From Candidatus Yonathbacteria bacterium (lineage in GTDB: Bacteria > Patescibacteriota > Minisyncoccia > Phycocordibacterales > JACNGX01), in NCBI GenBank assembly GCA_013334825.1, contig JAAXWR010000001.1, forward strand, positions 75,769 to 139,768: a stretch of 64,000 nt of DNA, written 5' to 3'. Shown here in pieces: positions 30,059 to 38,346 of the stretch (position 1 is its first letter; the number at the start of each line of letters is the position of its first letter). Below the pieces are notes generated by a model, which did not search any database, was not told the origin of the DNA, and saw nothing but the letters and a program-made list of their open reading frames with translations. A program made the translations under genes and the position numbers.

Positions 30059-31867
30059 TTATTTTGTTACTTTACAGTAGAAAATGCGTTCCGCATTATC
30101 TTCTCCGTTACTTTTTCCTGTCGTAAAGGCTTTGTAATCTTTTTCAAAAATCTCAACATCACCCTTGTCGTTTAGAATTTGTAGAATTTCATCATCACTC
30201 ATACGCGCATTAGAACGCCCATCTTTGGAATCTCCAGTATTATTGTATGAAAGTAAAATATGCTCGCAGTTTGCATTTCTGATAAGGTCTGCAAAAGCAC
30301 TCGTTGCACTTTTTAGGCAATAGTCACTTTTAATGTGAGAGCGATCCATTTTTTTACCAATCCCAATAACCTCTGGCTTTTTCCATTCCGCAAGATTTTC
30401 TAAAAGATGGTAGGCATCCGAGTATTGACGTGAATTATATGGTGGATCTACGTATAAAACATCACAAGAAATTTTTCTGATAAGGGTATTTGCGTCTTCT
30501 CTATAAATTTCATTATTTGTGTTGCGAATGTAATCAACATCAGGAATCAAAAGCTTTATGGGCTGCAACATGTCTAGCTTTTTACGAAAAGCGTCATAAT
30601 GACCAACGGTATTGGCAACTTTATCGACAGCATAAAGCAAGGAACAAATCAAAATATTTTTTTCTTCCTCATTTTCTGCTATCTTTTCAATTTCTGCACG
30701 CATTGCCCCAATCTTTCTTGCGTTTTCTTTTGTAAAATACGTCCCGCCAAAATGTTCAGAAAAATAGTTTTCCTTGTCGTTCGATAAATTATTAAGAACC
30801 TCTATCTTTTCAGAGATGCCTTGTCGCATGTCCCGATTGACTCCCAAAAACGCATATAGGCAAGCATAATTTGCTGAGAGAAAATCATTGGAAATGATTT
30901 TGATTTCTGGACTATTGAACCTTTCTCCAACGACACCTGTGCCTGCAAAAATATCGCAAAGTGAATTGATTGATCCACATTTTTCAGAAATTATGTCTTC
31001 GATAAATCCAAGCAATTTGTGTTTATTTCCCAAATATCTTCTGTTTTGAAGTTGGAAATACCCGCTTTTTGATGCTTGGGGCTGGAAGTAATGTTTATCA
31101 ATTTTTTTTATACTTACTTCGTAAGTCGGTTTTTCAATTTCTAATAGACCAAACAGCGTTTCTTGCATCCCGTCAGCGACATAATCAAAACCTTTATTTT
31201 GATCCTTTAGTTTTTCGTAAAAACTGTAATATCCTTTTTGAGAGACAATGACAAAATCAATGACAGAAATTCCCATTATTTCTCCTGCTTGTGCTATTTT
31301 TTCAACAATTTGAATATCTTTCTCGCTCGGCGTTGAATCACCAGACGGATGATTGTGTATAAGAATCACGCTTGCGGCGTTAAGTTCTGTTGCAGGATAG
31401 AAAATCTCTCTCGGGTGCAGTAGTGTCTTATCAAGAAGTCCAACACTGATAACTTCTTTTTTTAATAAAATATTTCTTGCATTCAGATACAGACAAACGA
31501 GATGTTCTTTTTTCTTATCTCTCAAATCGTAAGTTAAAGAGATAACATCTTGAGAATTACTGATTTTTATTTCGTTTGTCCGATCATCTGCATAAAATCT
31601 TTTTACTAAAGAAATTGCTGACGCAATTTGCAACGCTTTTGCTTGTCCGATTCCAGAGATTTCTTGCAAATTATCAACGGTAATATTCAAAAAGTTTTTG
31701 CCAAATTTCCTAATTATTTCTTGAGACAATTCTTGAACATTCGTGCCTTTGATACCGCTACCGAGCAAAATAGCCAAAAGATCACTTTTTGAAAGTGCTT
31801 CAGGACCTTTCTTGAGAAATCTTTCTCGCGGTCTATCAATTTTTGGAATATCTTTGATCTTTGTCAT
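30059..31867 (-). CDS. fusion protein: N-terminal RadC-like JAB/MPN domain + C-terminal Dam-family (alpha-class, D12) N6-adenine DNA methyltransferase
   Basis: RadC: HLVCLYLNARN...ILIHNHPSGDSTPSEKDIQI; MTase: RRYLGNKHKLL (motif I region), DVLYVDPPYNS (motif IV). Confidence 0.8.
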   Translation of the reverse strand: MTKIKDIPKIDRPRERFLKKGPEALSKSDLLAILLGSGIKGTNVQELSQEIIRKFGKNFLNITVDNLQEISGIGQAKALQIASAISLVKRFYADDRTNEIKISNSQDVISLTYDLRDKKKEHLVCLYLNARNILLKKEVISVGLLDKTLLHPREIFYPATELNAASVILIHNHPSGDSTPSEKDIQIVEKIAQAGEIMGISVIDFVIVSQKGYYSFYEKLKDQNKGFDYVADGMQETLFGLLEIEKPTYEVSIKKIDKHYFQPQASKSGYFQLQNRRYLGNKHKLLGFIEDIISEKCGSINSLCDIFAGTGVVGERFNSPEIKIISNDFLSANYACLYAFLGVNRDMRQGISEKIEVLNNLSNDKENYFSEHFGGTYFTKENARKIGAMRAEIEKIAENEEEKNILICSLLYAVDKVANTVGHYDAFRKKLDMLQPIKLLIPDVDYIRNTNNEIYREDANTLIRKISCDVLYVDPPYNSRQYSDAYHLLENLAEWKKPEVIGIGKKMDRSHIKSDYCLKSATSAFADLIRNANCEHILLSYNNTGDSKDGRSNARMSDDEILQILNDKGDVEIFEKDYKAFTTGKSNGEDNAERIFYCKVTK

Positions 31868-31869
31868 AA

Positions 31870-32079
31870 TTATTTCAAAAGGGTATCGATACTCACGCTA
31901 AGCACCTTGGCGACCTTTTCCATTGTCCTAATTGTAAGATTTTGTTTGCCGTTCTCGACATTGCTAATATATGCTCGGTCTAATCCCAAATCTCGGCAAA
32001 TGTCGCCTTGCGACATGCCTTTTTCGAGCCGAATCTTTTTCATGTTTTCGCCAAATTTTTGTGCTGTGGTTTTTGCCAT
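31870..32079 (-). CDS. XRE-family helix-turn-helix transcriptional regulator (candidate R-M controller protein)
   Basis: MAKTTAQKFGENMKKIRLEKGMSQGDICRDLGLDRAYISNVENGKQNLTIRTMEKVAKVL; first gene of the operon. Confidence 0.75.
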   Translation of the reverse strand: MAKTTAQKFGENMKKIRLEKGMSQGDICRDLGLDRAYISNVENGKQNLTIRTMEKVAKVLSVSIDTLLK

Positions 32080-32239
32080 AATGTATGAAAACTTATCAAC
32101 ATTGGTATTATAGCATTCTATTGTGTTTTGGCTCAATGTTAAGCTATAATACAAGTGCGCAAAACAGTATTTTTATGAAGCGTCGGAACCAAAACCAAAA
32201 TTTTCCTTTCCATTTTTTGTCGGCTCCGCTCCTACGCAC

Positions 32240-32620
32240 CGCCGAAAAAGGGGAGGGAGGGAGGGATTCTCTCCTTACAGGAGCAGTACAGGTTTTCCAT
32301 TTTTTTGGAGCAAAGCACCTCAAACATATGGGAGAACCTTTTTCCGCGACATCCCCGCTCTTTGCTCCGCAAAGGACGGGGTGCGCGGACCCGCCCAGCT
32401 CTTTCAAAAAGGGCTGGGCGGGCGAATCATTTCTGGGAGGGATTCGGTCACCAGTTCTAAGCATATTGCTCCAAGTATTCGCAATCCGCTAAGAACTCGC
32501 GACCCCGTCGCCGCGCTCCGACAAGATAAATCTTGTCGGGCTTCGCGCGCGGCTTTTTCGAATCCCTCCCTCTCTCGCAACATATAAATCGCCGGGCGAA
32601 TTCTCGCCCGGCTCATTATG
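32240..32620. repeat. GC-rich non-coding stretch with multiple partial copies of the tRNA-Ser T-arm/acceptor motif (GGAGGGATTC / GAATCCCTCC) and a long inverted repeat abutting the tRNA 3' end
   Basis: Copies at ~32246, ~32436, 32560-32583 (inverted) and in the tRNA itself; no coherent ORF; overlapping ORFs on both strands are spurious. Confidence 0.6.
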
Positions 32621-32623
32621 TTG

Positions 32624-32710
32624 CGGAGAGGGAGGGATTCGAACCCTCGAGACGATTGCTCGCCTAACACCTTAGCAGGGTGCCCCGTTCGACCGCTCCG
32701 GCACCTCTCC
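32624..32710 (-). tRNA. tRNA-Ser (anticodon GCU), long variable arm
   Basis: RC: GGAGAGG-TG-CCGGAGCGGTCGAACGG-GGCACC-CTGCTAA-GGTGT-[long variable arm]-GAGGGTTCGAATCCCTC-CCTCTCC-G. Confidence 0.88.
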
Positions 32711-32737
32711 AAATTATTTCTTTGTATTATTTAGCTT

Positions 32738-32818
32738 TCTCGGTGATGACGATTGCTCGCCTCACGCCTTAGCTGGGATGGGAGCGAGACCCGGAAGCTC
32801 CCATGGTCGACCGCTCCG
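32738..32818 (-). pseudogene. degenerate partial copy of tRNA-Ser (5' two-thirds) with a 27-nt hairpin insertion, lacking T-arm and 3' end
   Basis: GACGATTGCTCGCCTCACGCCTTAGCTGGG-[ATGGGAGCGAGACCCGGAAGCTCCCAT]-GGTCGACCGCTCCGGCACCTCTCC versus the intact gene. Confidence 0.75.
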
Positions 32819-32960
32819 GCACCTCTCCAATATAACAAGCGCCTTTAGGAAAGTGCTTGGTTTGGACAGTGTAGCATAGTTTTTTTGATTTGAGGAGACG
32901 GATGCGAGGTTTGTAAAAAATCTGGACGGTTACCCGTCCAGTATTATTTCGGTATGTTTG

Positions 32961-33340
32961 TCAGTCGTCACCTTCGTAGGTGTCATGTCTTGAATTGTTG
33001 TGGGAGGCGACCGAGAACGCCTCTTTTAGTTGCTCAATATCCGTTCTGTCGAAAACAATTTGGACGGATTTGTTGTCGTAGGAGCGTTCTCCTATTTTGT
33101 GCCAGTCATGCGACTGTATATATCCGTCTGATCGCATATATCTCCAGAGATTTTTCTCCAGATCAATTTCGAGTTTGTTTTCGCCTTCTTTTTGCGGGAA
33201 GTTCTCGACGAGATCCATTGCAAGGAAATTATTTCCCGCATTGTAGAGATAACACAGATTGTCCATGTCGGTAGTGTTGTGATAGTTGATGTTTTGCCAG
33301 GTACTTTGTTCATGGGGCAATCTATACAATTGAGTGTATT
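32961..33340 (-). CDS. hypothetical protein; start uncertain (longest ORF would overlap the divergent hydrolase gene)
   Basis: ORF with ordinary composition; weak. Confidence 0.25.
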
Positions 33341-33369
33341 CTGTCAAGTATTTGGTATAATCTAACTTT

Positions 33370-34260
33370 ATGCCTTTCACCCAAAAACACGTCCAATCTG
33401 CCGACCTGGGCATCTTCACCGAATCGCTTGGCAATCCCACTGATCCGGCGGTGCTTCTCATCATGGGTGCGATGAATCCGGGGTTGTGTTGGTATGACGC
33501 TTTTTGTGAAGCACTTGTTGCGCGGGGGTTTTTCGTTATTCGGTATGATCATCGCGACACGGGACAATCTTCTGTCGTTGATTTTGCTATACATCCATAT
33601 GACATGGACGACCTCACGAGCGATGCGCTCGCGGTTCTTGATGGATATGGTATTGCCAAAGCGCATATCGTCGGGCTCTCTATGGGCGGATATATCGGAC
33701 AGATTCTTGGCGCACGCCATGGCGACCGCGTTCTCTCGCTCACGCTCATCTCAACAACTGTTGATCATCGTCCGTATATGGAGGCGACGACATTCGCACG
33801 ACGTGGGGAGTATGACCTGCCGTTTCCCGAGGAACGGTATCTGGCGTACCTCAAAAATGTGGCAGAGCATCCGCCGACAACACCCGAAGGATTTGCTGAA
33901 GCACGTATGCGCGGATGGGAAGTTATCTGTGGTGGACCGCTCGCGGGCGCGGATAGGGAAGCGCTCGTTGCGATGCTTGCCGATATTGACGCACATTCGC
34001 CGCACCCGGCGTCGGCATGGAATCATGGTCCAGCAGTCGCACGTTCCACTGTGCGGACTCAACTTGTGCAAGACATTCATGTGCCGACACTCATTATTCA
34101 TGGAGAGAACGACCCGTGTTTCCCTGTTGCGCATGGAGAGCGTCTGCACGCGCTCATCCCTGATGCGAAACTCGTCGTGGTTCCTGGTATGGGGCATATG
34201 TACACACTCACGGAAGCGTTGTCACTTGTGGATGTGATTGCGGGTGAAATATTATTATAG
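33370..34260 (+). CDS. alpha/beta-fold hydrolase; GC-rich relative to the genome
   Basis: PAVLLIMGAMNPGLCW, nucleophile elbow VGLSMGG, C-terminal GMGHM; TATAAT 8 nt upstream of ATG. Confidence 0.75.
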   Translation: MPFTQKHVQSADLGIFTESLGNPTDPAVLLIMGAMNPGLCWYDAFCEALVARGFFVIRYDHRDTGQSSVVDFAIHPYDMDDLTSDALAVLDGYGIAKAHIVGLSMGGYIGQILGARHGDRVLSLTLISTTVDHRPYMEATTFARRGEYDLPFPEERYLAYLKNVAEHPPTTPEGFAEARMRGWEVICGGPLAGADREALVAMLADIDAHSPHPASAWNHGPAVARSTVRTQLVQDIHVPTLIIHGENDPCFPVAHGERLHALIPDAKLVVVPGMGHMYTLTEALSLVDVIAGEILL

Positions 34261-34345
34261 AAATGTATATTAATTGACATGAATATAAAAAAAGCGTATT
34301 CTGATGGAAGAAGTTTTAAGAAAATGTTTTTGAAATGGAGGAATT

Positions 34346-34555
34346 ATGTGCATAAACCCAATGTATGTACTGTACATGTTGTGTGGACTGGTATTTCTGC
34401 ATTTTGTTAATTTCATACGGATATTGCGATTCGTATGGAAAGGACAAGAGATGAGAGAACGAGAACGACGGGAACCGTTGTATCCATCTACAAAAAATAA
34501 TGTACGCATCCCACTTCCTGATGGTTTGGTGGAATATGTGCAAAAAAAAAGATAA
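34346..34555 (+). CDS. small membrane protein, paralog of the next ORF
   Basis: TM helix + ...YPSTKNNVRIPLPDGLVEYV; GGAGG Shine-Dalgarno 7 nt upstream. Confidence 0.5.
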   Translation: MCINPMYVLYMLCGLVFLHFVNFIRILRFVWKGQEMRERERREPLYPSTKNNVRIPLPDGLVEYVQKKR

Positions 34556-34567
34556 AACGGAGGAAGT

Positions 34568-34801
34568 ATGGAACAGGATGTTTTTGCAAATACATTTGTT
34601 ATTTGCGCGATTCTCTCCTCTTTTTCAGCGTTTGGAGTTTTGGGAATGATAATTTCCAAAAAAAGAGAAGAGAGAAAAAAAGAACGAGAGGATTTTTTCG
34701 GAGGTTTACATCCCCCGACAGAATATAACGTTGTTGTCCCGATCGATGACGAACTTGCAAAGTTCGTCGGAGCAAAAAAAAGAAAAGGAACTACATCATG
34801 A
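34568..34801 (+). CDS. small membrane protein, paralog of the previous ORF
   Basis: TM helix + ...HPPTEYNVVVPIDDELAKFV; GGAGGA SD upstream. Confidence 0.5.
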   Translation: MEQDVFANTFVICAILSSFSAFGVLGMIISKKREERKKEREDFFGGLHPPTEYNVVVPIDDELAKFVGAKKRKGTTS

Positions 34802-34870
34802 GGGCGCGTGCGCTCTCTTTTTTATGGTATGATGAGTGTATTAAGAATGTAGTGTTCTCATAGTATTGGT

Positions 34871-35173
34871 ATGGTGTACATTTTAAAAAAATTTATCGTC
34901 GTATTTTTTATATGTGCTGTTATTGCGGTGGTTGGGTATGTAATGACGCGAGATGCATTGTTTGATGAAAGTGTCGCGCAAGAAAGCGAATCATTGCCTC
35001 TCGGGTATACGTTAGAGAAGTATACAGTAATAGAAACTACGAACATTGCTTGCAAAGAACATGAAGAATGCATCACATCGGCTGAGTATCTTGTACGTTC
35101 AAACTGCCCCTATACGTCATTGTGTTTAGAAAAGAAATGTACGGTCGTATGTCCGCAGTATGTGGGTGAGTGA
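34871..35173 (+). CDS. small secreted Cys-rich protein (6 Cys)
   Basis: N-terminal TM/signal, CKEHEEC...C...C...C...C pattern. Confidence 0.4.
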   Translation: MVYILKKFIVVFFICAVIAVVGYVMTRDALFDESVAQESESLPLGYTLEKYTVIETTNIACKEHEECITSAEYLVRSNCPYTSLCLEKKCTVVCPQYVGE

Positions 35174-35212
35174 TTGATGTAATGGTATTGTACCTCGTGA
35201 TATCCTAGTGAT

Positions 35213-35962
35213 ATGAAAAAGAAAGTAATGAAAATAGTAGCCCCCACAGAGCATGTGACACGATCAAAATCATCGACGTCAACACGCGTGAAAGAAAAGA
35301 CGCGCGATGTTGTCGTGTATCAAACAAAGTCGGGAGCTATTGAGCTTCGGGGGGATAATGTGCATGAGACCGTATGGGCGACCCAGGCGCAGATTGCTGA
35401 TGTTTTTTGGGTTGATGTGAGAACGGTAAATGAACATATCAAAAATATTTATAAAATGAAAGAATTGACAGAAGAAGGAACTATCCGGAATTTTCGGATA
35501 GTTCGAAAGGAAGGACATCGTGAAGTTTTTCGCGATGTGATGCACTACAATCTCGATATGATTCTTTCTGTTGGGTATAGGGTTAATTCAAAAACGGCGA
35601 CAGAATTTCGCCAGTGGGCGACCAAGACACTCCGTGATCATATAGTGAAAGGATACACATTTAACGCATCACGAATTGCAACACAGTATGATGCGTTTAT
35701 CAAAGACGTAAGGAATATCCAAGCGCTTTTACCTGAGCATGTCGCACTTGACCCAAATAACGTTCTTGAACTGGTGAAAGAATTTGCCGACGTGTGGGTA
35801 TCACTCGACGCATATGATAAAGAAACACTTTCTCTCAAACAGACGAGTAAGAAAAAAGTAACCCTCGATACAGAAAAACTTTTAAGGGCAATTGGTGACT
35901 TGAAGATGAGTTTCATGAAAAAAGGAGAAACGACGGAGCTTTTTGCGTCTGAACGTGGATAG
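35213..35962 (+). CDS. RhuM-family (virulence_RhuM) DNA-binding protein; ends at an in-frame TAG immediately before a Doc/Fic domain ORF
   Basis: VWATQAQIADVF...VNEHIKNIY...EVFRDVMHYNLDMILSVGYRVNSKTATEFRQWAT. Confidence 0.75.
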   Translation: MKKKVMKIVAPTEHVTRSKSSTSTRVKEKTRDVVVYQTKSGAIELRGDNVHETVWATQAQIADVFWVDVRTVNEHIKNIYKMKELTEEGTIRNFRIVRKEGHREVFRDVMHYNLDMILSVGYRVNSKTATEFRQWATKTLRDHIVKGYTFNASRIATQYDAFIKDVRNIQALLPEHVALDPNNVLELVKEFADVWVSLDAYDKETLSLKQTSKKKVTLDTEKLLRAIGDLKMSFMKKGETTELFASERG

Positions 35963-35968
35963 GGGAAT

Positions 35969-36259
35969 GTGGAAGGTATTGTTGGAAATGTCATGAAATC
36001 ATTTGGTGGTAAAGATGTGTATTCGTCGATTGAGGAAAAGGCTGCGCATTTCTTGTATTTTATGGTGAAGAATCATCCATTTTCTGATGGTAATAAGCGT
36101 TCGGGCGCATTTTCCTTTGTATGGTTTTTGCGAACATTTCGTGTGAAAGGTGGACGCATGATTGCCCCTGCAACATTGACCGCGCTTACTCTTCTTATTG
36201 CGGAGAGCGACCCAAAGAAAAAAGCTCAGATGACCGCGCTCGTAACACGACTTTTGTAA
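35969..36259 (+). CDS. Doc/Fic-family domain protein, same frame as the upstream RhuM ORF
   Basis: Doc-type motif HPFSDGNKRSG. Confidence 0.7.
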   Translation: MEGIVGNVMKSFGGKDVYSSIEEKAAHFLYFMVKNHPFSDGNKRSGAFSFVWFLRTFRVKGGRMIAPATLTALTLLIAESDPKKKAQMTALVTRLL

Positions 36260-36399
36260 TAAGTCATACGTATGATGATGGTAGTTTGAGGATATGTTAG
36301 TTATGTGAAATAACTATCTTTTGATATACTTGAAAGAGTCATCATGGAAATGCGTAATAATATTTATATCATAGCATTTAATCCATCATATTTTATTTT

Positions 36400-36975
36400 A
36401 TGCAAAAAACAACAACCATTATTACATCACTTGTCGCTATTATCGGTATAGGTGCTATTGCGTATGCCAGTTATGTGTTTGTGCGCCCCGATAGTGCATT
36501 GGCACCAGTAGGTGAACTTGCTGAAAATACAATTGAAAATGAAGCAAATGAAACAGGTGAGATTTCTGAGGAGAATACTATTCCCACAACACAGACAACT
36601 TCCCCAACATCTGTCACAAAGAAGCCGGGGACTGCGACGACAGGATCAACATCAAGTTCTCCAAGTGGTTCTCCGACAACAGGGGGAACGACGACTACTT
36701 CTACGACAGAATCAGGTTCTTCTACGGGTGGGACAACAACGCCAAGTGGCATAACGATGGCACAAGTTGCCCAACATGCATCAAAAACAGATTGTTGGTT
36801 GGTAGTTAGTGGCAGTGCGTATAATGCGACAAATTATATTTATGAACATCCAGGAGGTTCGGGATCTATCATCCGCTCATGTGGTAAGGATGTGACAAGC
36901 GATTACAGTGGAGAAAGGGCACATCGTGGAGTAGATGTTGCAAATCTTTTGACTTTTGTTGGATATGTCAAATAG
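36400..36975 (+). CDS. membrane-anchored cytochrome b5-like heme-binding domain protein with S/T/G-rich linker
   Basis: N-terminal TM; ITMAQVAQHASKTDCWLVVSGSAYNATNYIYEHPGG (b5 HPGG motif). Confidence 0.7.
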   Translation: MQKTTTIITSLVAIIGIGAIAYASYVFVRPDSALAPVGELAENTIENEANETGEISEENTIPTTQTTSPTSVTKKPGTATTGSTSSSPSGSPTTGGTTTTSTTESGSSTGGTTTPSGITMAQVAQHASKTDCWLVVSGSAYNATNYIYEHPGGSGSIIRSCGKDVTSDYSGERAHRGVDVANLLTFVGYVK

Positions 36976-38266
36976 TATTGTTCGCGCACTCTGGTATACG
37001 CTGTTTATCGCTATAGGGGTTATCCTCATAGTTATTTGGCTCGCACATTCCGGGTATCTTCTTATAGAGGGTACAGGAGATGTTTTTGTCGCTCTCGGAC
37101 GTTTGGCGGGAATTGCCCTTGGGTACGCGGTACTTCTGGAACTTCTTCTGGTTGCGCGAGTACCAGCTCTTGAGCGTGCGTTTGGCTTTGACCGCATGAA
37201 TCGGTTTCATCGCGGTGCGGGTATTGCGATTCTCTATACTATCGTCGCGCATCTTATATTTCTTGTGGGAGGATATGCGATTCGCAATGATGCCAATATT
37301 GTAAATCAATTCGTTGAATTTTTTGAATCATGGGAAGATGTTTCCTCTGCGGTGTGGGGTGCGGGGCTGATGCTTCTTGCTGGCGTGCTCTCTATCAAAG
37401 CGGTGAAAAAATATCTCACGTATGATTTATGGTATGCAGTACATCTCCTCATGTATATCGGAGCAATTCTTGCGTTTGGTCACACGATACAAAGTGGTGA
37501 TTTCGCGAGCGGGGGACCTCTCATTTTTTGGCTCCTTCTTACAGGGGAAGTTGCTCTTGTGTTCGTTGGGTATCGTATTGCATTACCGTTTGTATATGAT
37601 CTCATGCATAAGTTTAAAGTAGAACGTGTGGTGCAAGAGTCACCGAGTACATACTCTGTATATATTGGTGGAAAACACATGGAGAAGTTTCATTTTGAAG
37701 CAGGACAATTTGCGCAATTTACTTTTTTGCGCAGAGGAATCATGCGCCATCGCCCGTTTTCTTTTTCTGCGCCGTATGATGGCAAACATATACGTATCAC
37801 CGTTAAAGATTTTAACGGGACGGTCACATCAAAAATTCGTACACTTGTTCCCGGGACGCGCGTTATCGTGGATGGTCCCCTGGGACGATTTACCCTTGCT
37901 TCTGCGGAGACAGAGAAATGCTGTCTCATTGGGGGAGGTGTCGGGGTGACACCGATATCCTCTCTCGCACGTGATGCCAAGGCAAAAGGGAAAGACGCGG
38001 TTGTATTGATTTCTCATAGGAATCCGTCCGACGCACCACTTCTTGAAGAAATGCGTACAACAGGAGTCCGAACAGAAGTATTTTTTGCTGAAGGACAAGG
38101 TGGACAAAAACTTTCCGGTGAATTGATTGAAAAGATATGTCCAGATATTCATGAACGTGATGTATATATTTGTGGACCCGCTCCGATGATGGACGCACTT
38201 ACCGAAGGACTTGTTGTACGAGGTATTTCTCGCAACCGTATCCACACGGAACGCTTCTCAATGTAG
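36956..38266 (+). CDS. ferric-reductase/NOX-like flavocytochrome: 6-TM heme domain + FAD-binding + NAD(P)H-binding domains
   Basis: TM His residues (HRGAGIAILYTIVAHL, HLLMYIGAILAFGH), FAD motif HRPFSFS, NAD motif CLIGGGVGVTP; overlaps the b5 gene by 20 nt. Confidence 0.7.
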   Translation: MLDMSNSIVRALWYTLFIAIGVILIVIWLAHSGYLLIEGTGDVFVALGRLAGIALGYAVLLELLLVARVPALERAFGFDRMNRFHRGAGIAILYTIVAHLIFLVGGYAIRNDANIVNQFVEFFESWEDVSSAVWGAGLMLLAGVLSIKAVKKYLTYDLWYAVHLLMYIGAILAFGHTIQSGDFASGGPLIFWLLLTGEVALVFVGYRIALPFVYDLMHKFKVERVVQESPSTYSVYIGGKHMEKFHFEAGQFAQFTFLRRGIMRHRPFSFSAPYDGKHIRITVKDFNGTVTSKIRTLVPGTRVIVDGPLGRFTLASAETEKCCLIGGGVGVTPISSLARDAKAKGKDAVVLISHRNPSDAPLLEEMRTTGVRTEVFFAEGQGGQKLSGELIEKICPDIHERDVYICGPAPMMDALTEGLVVRGISRNRIHTERFSM

Positions 38267-38346
38267 CAAGAGAGGCGTATCATAAAAGATAGAATACTTT
38301 GTTTTCAATTTTTTCTTTTTAGTTTTTTATTTTTCACGTATCCTCT

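Noticed and set aside
32085-32712. Overlapping ORFs on both strands in the GC-rich stretch (32085..32492, 32144..32464, 32381..32587, 32404..32712)
   Set aside because: They overlap one another and the tRNA-Ser gene. The region is better explained as decayed integration remnants.
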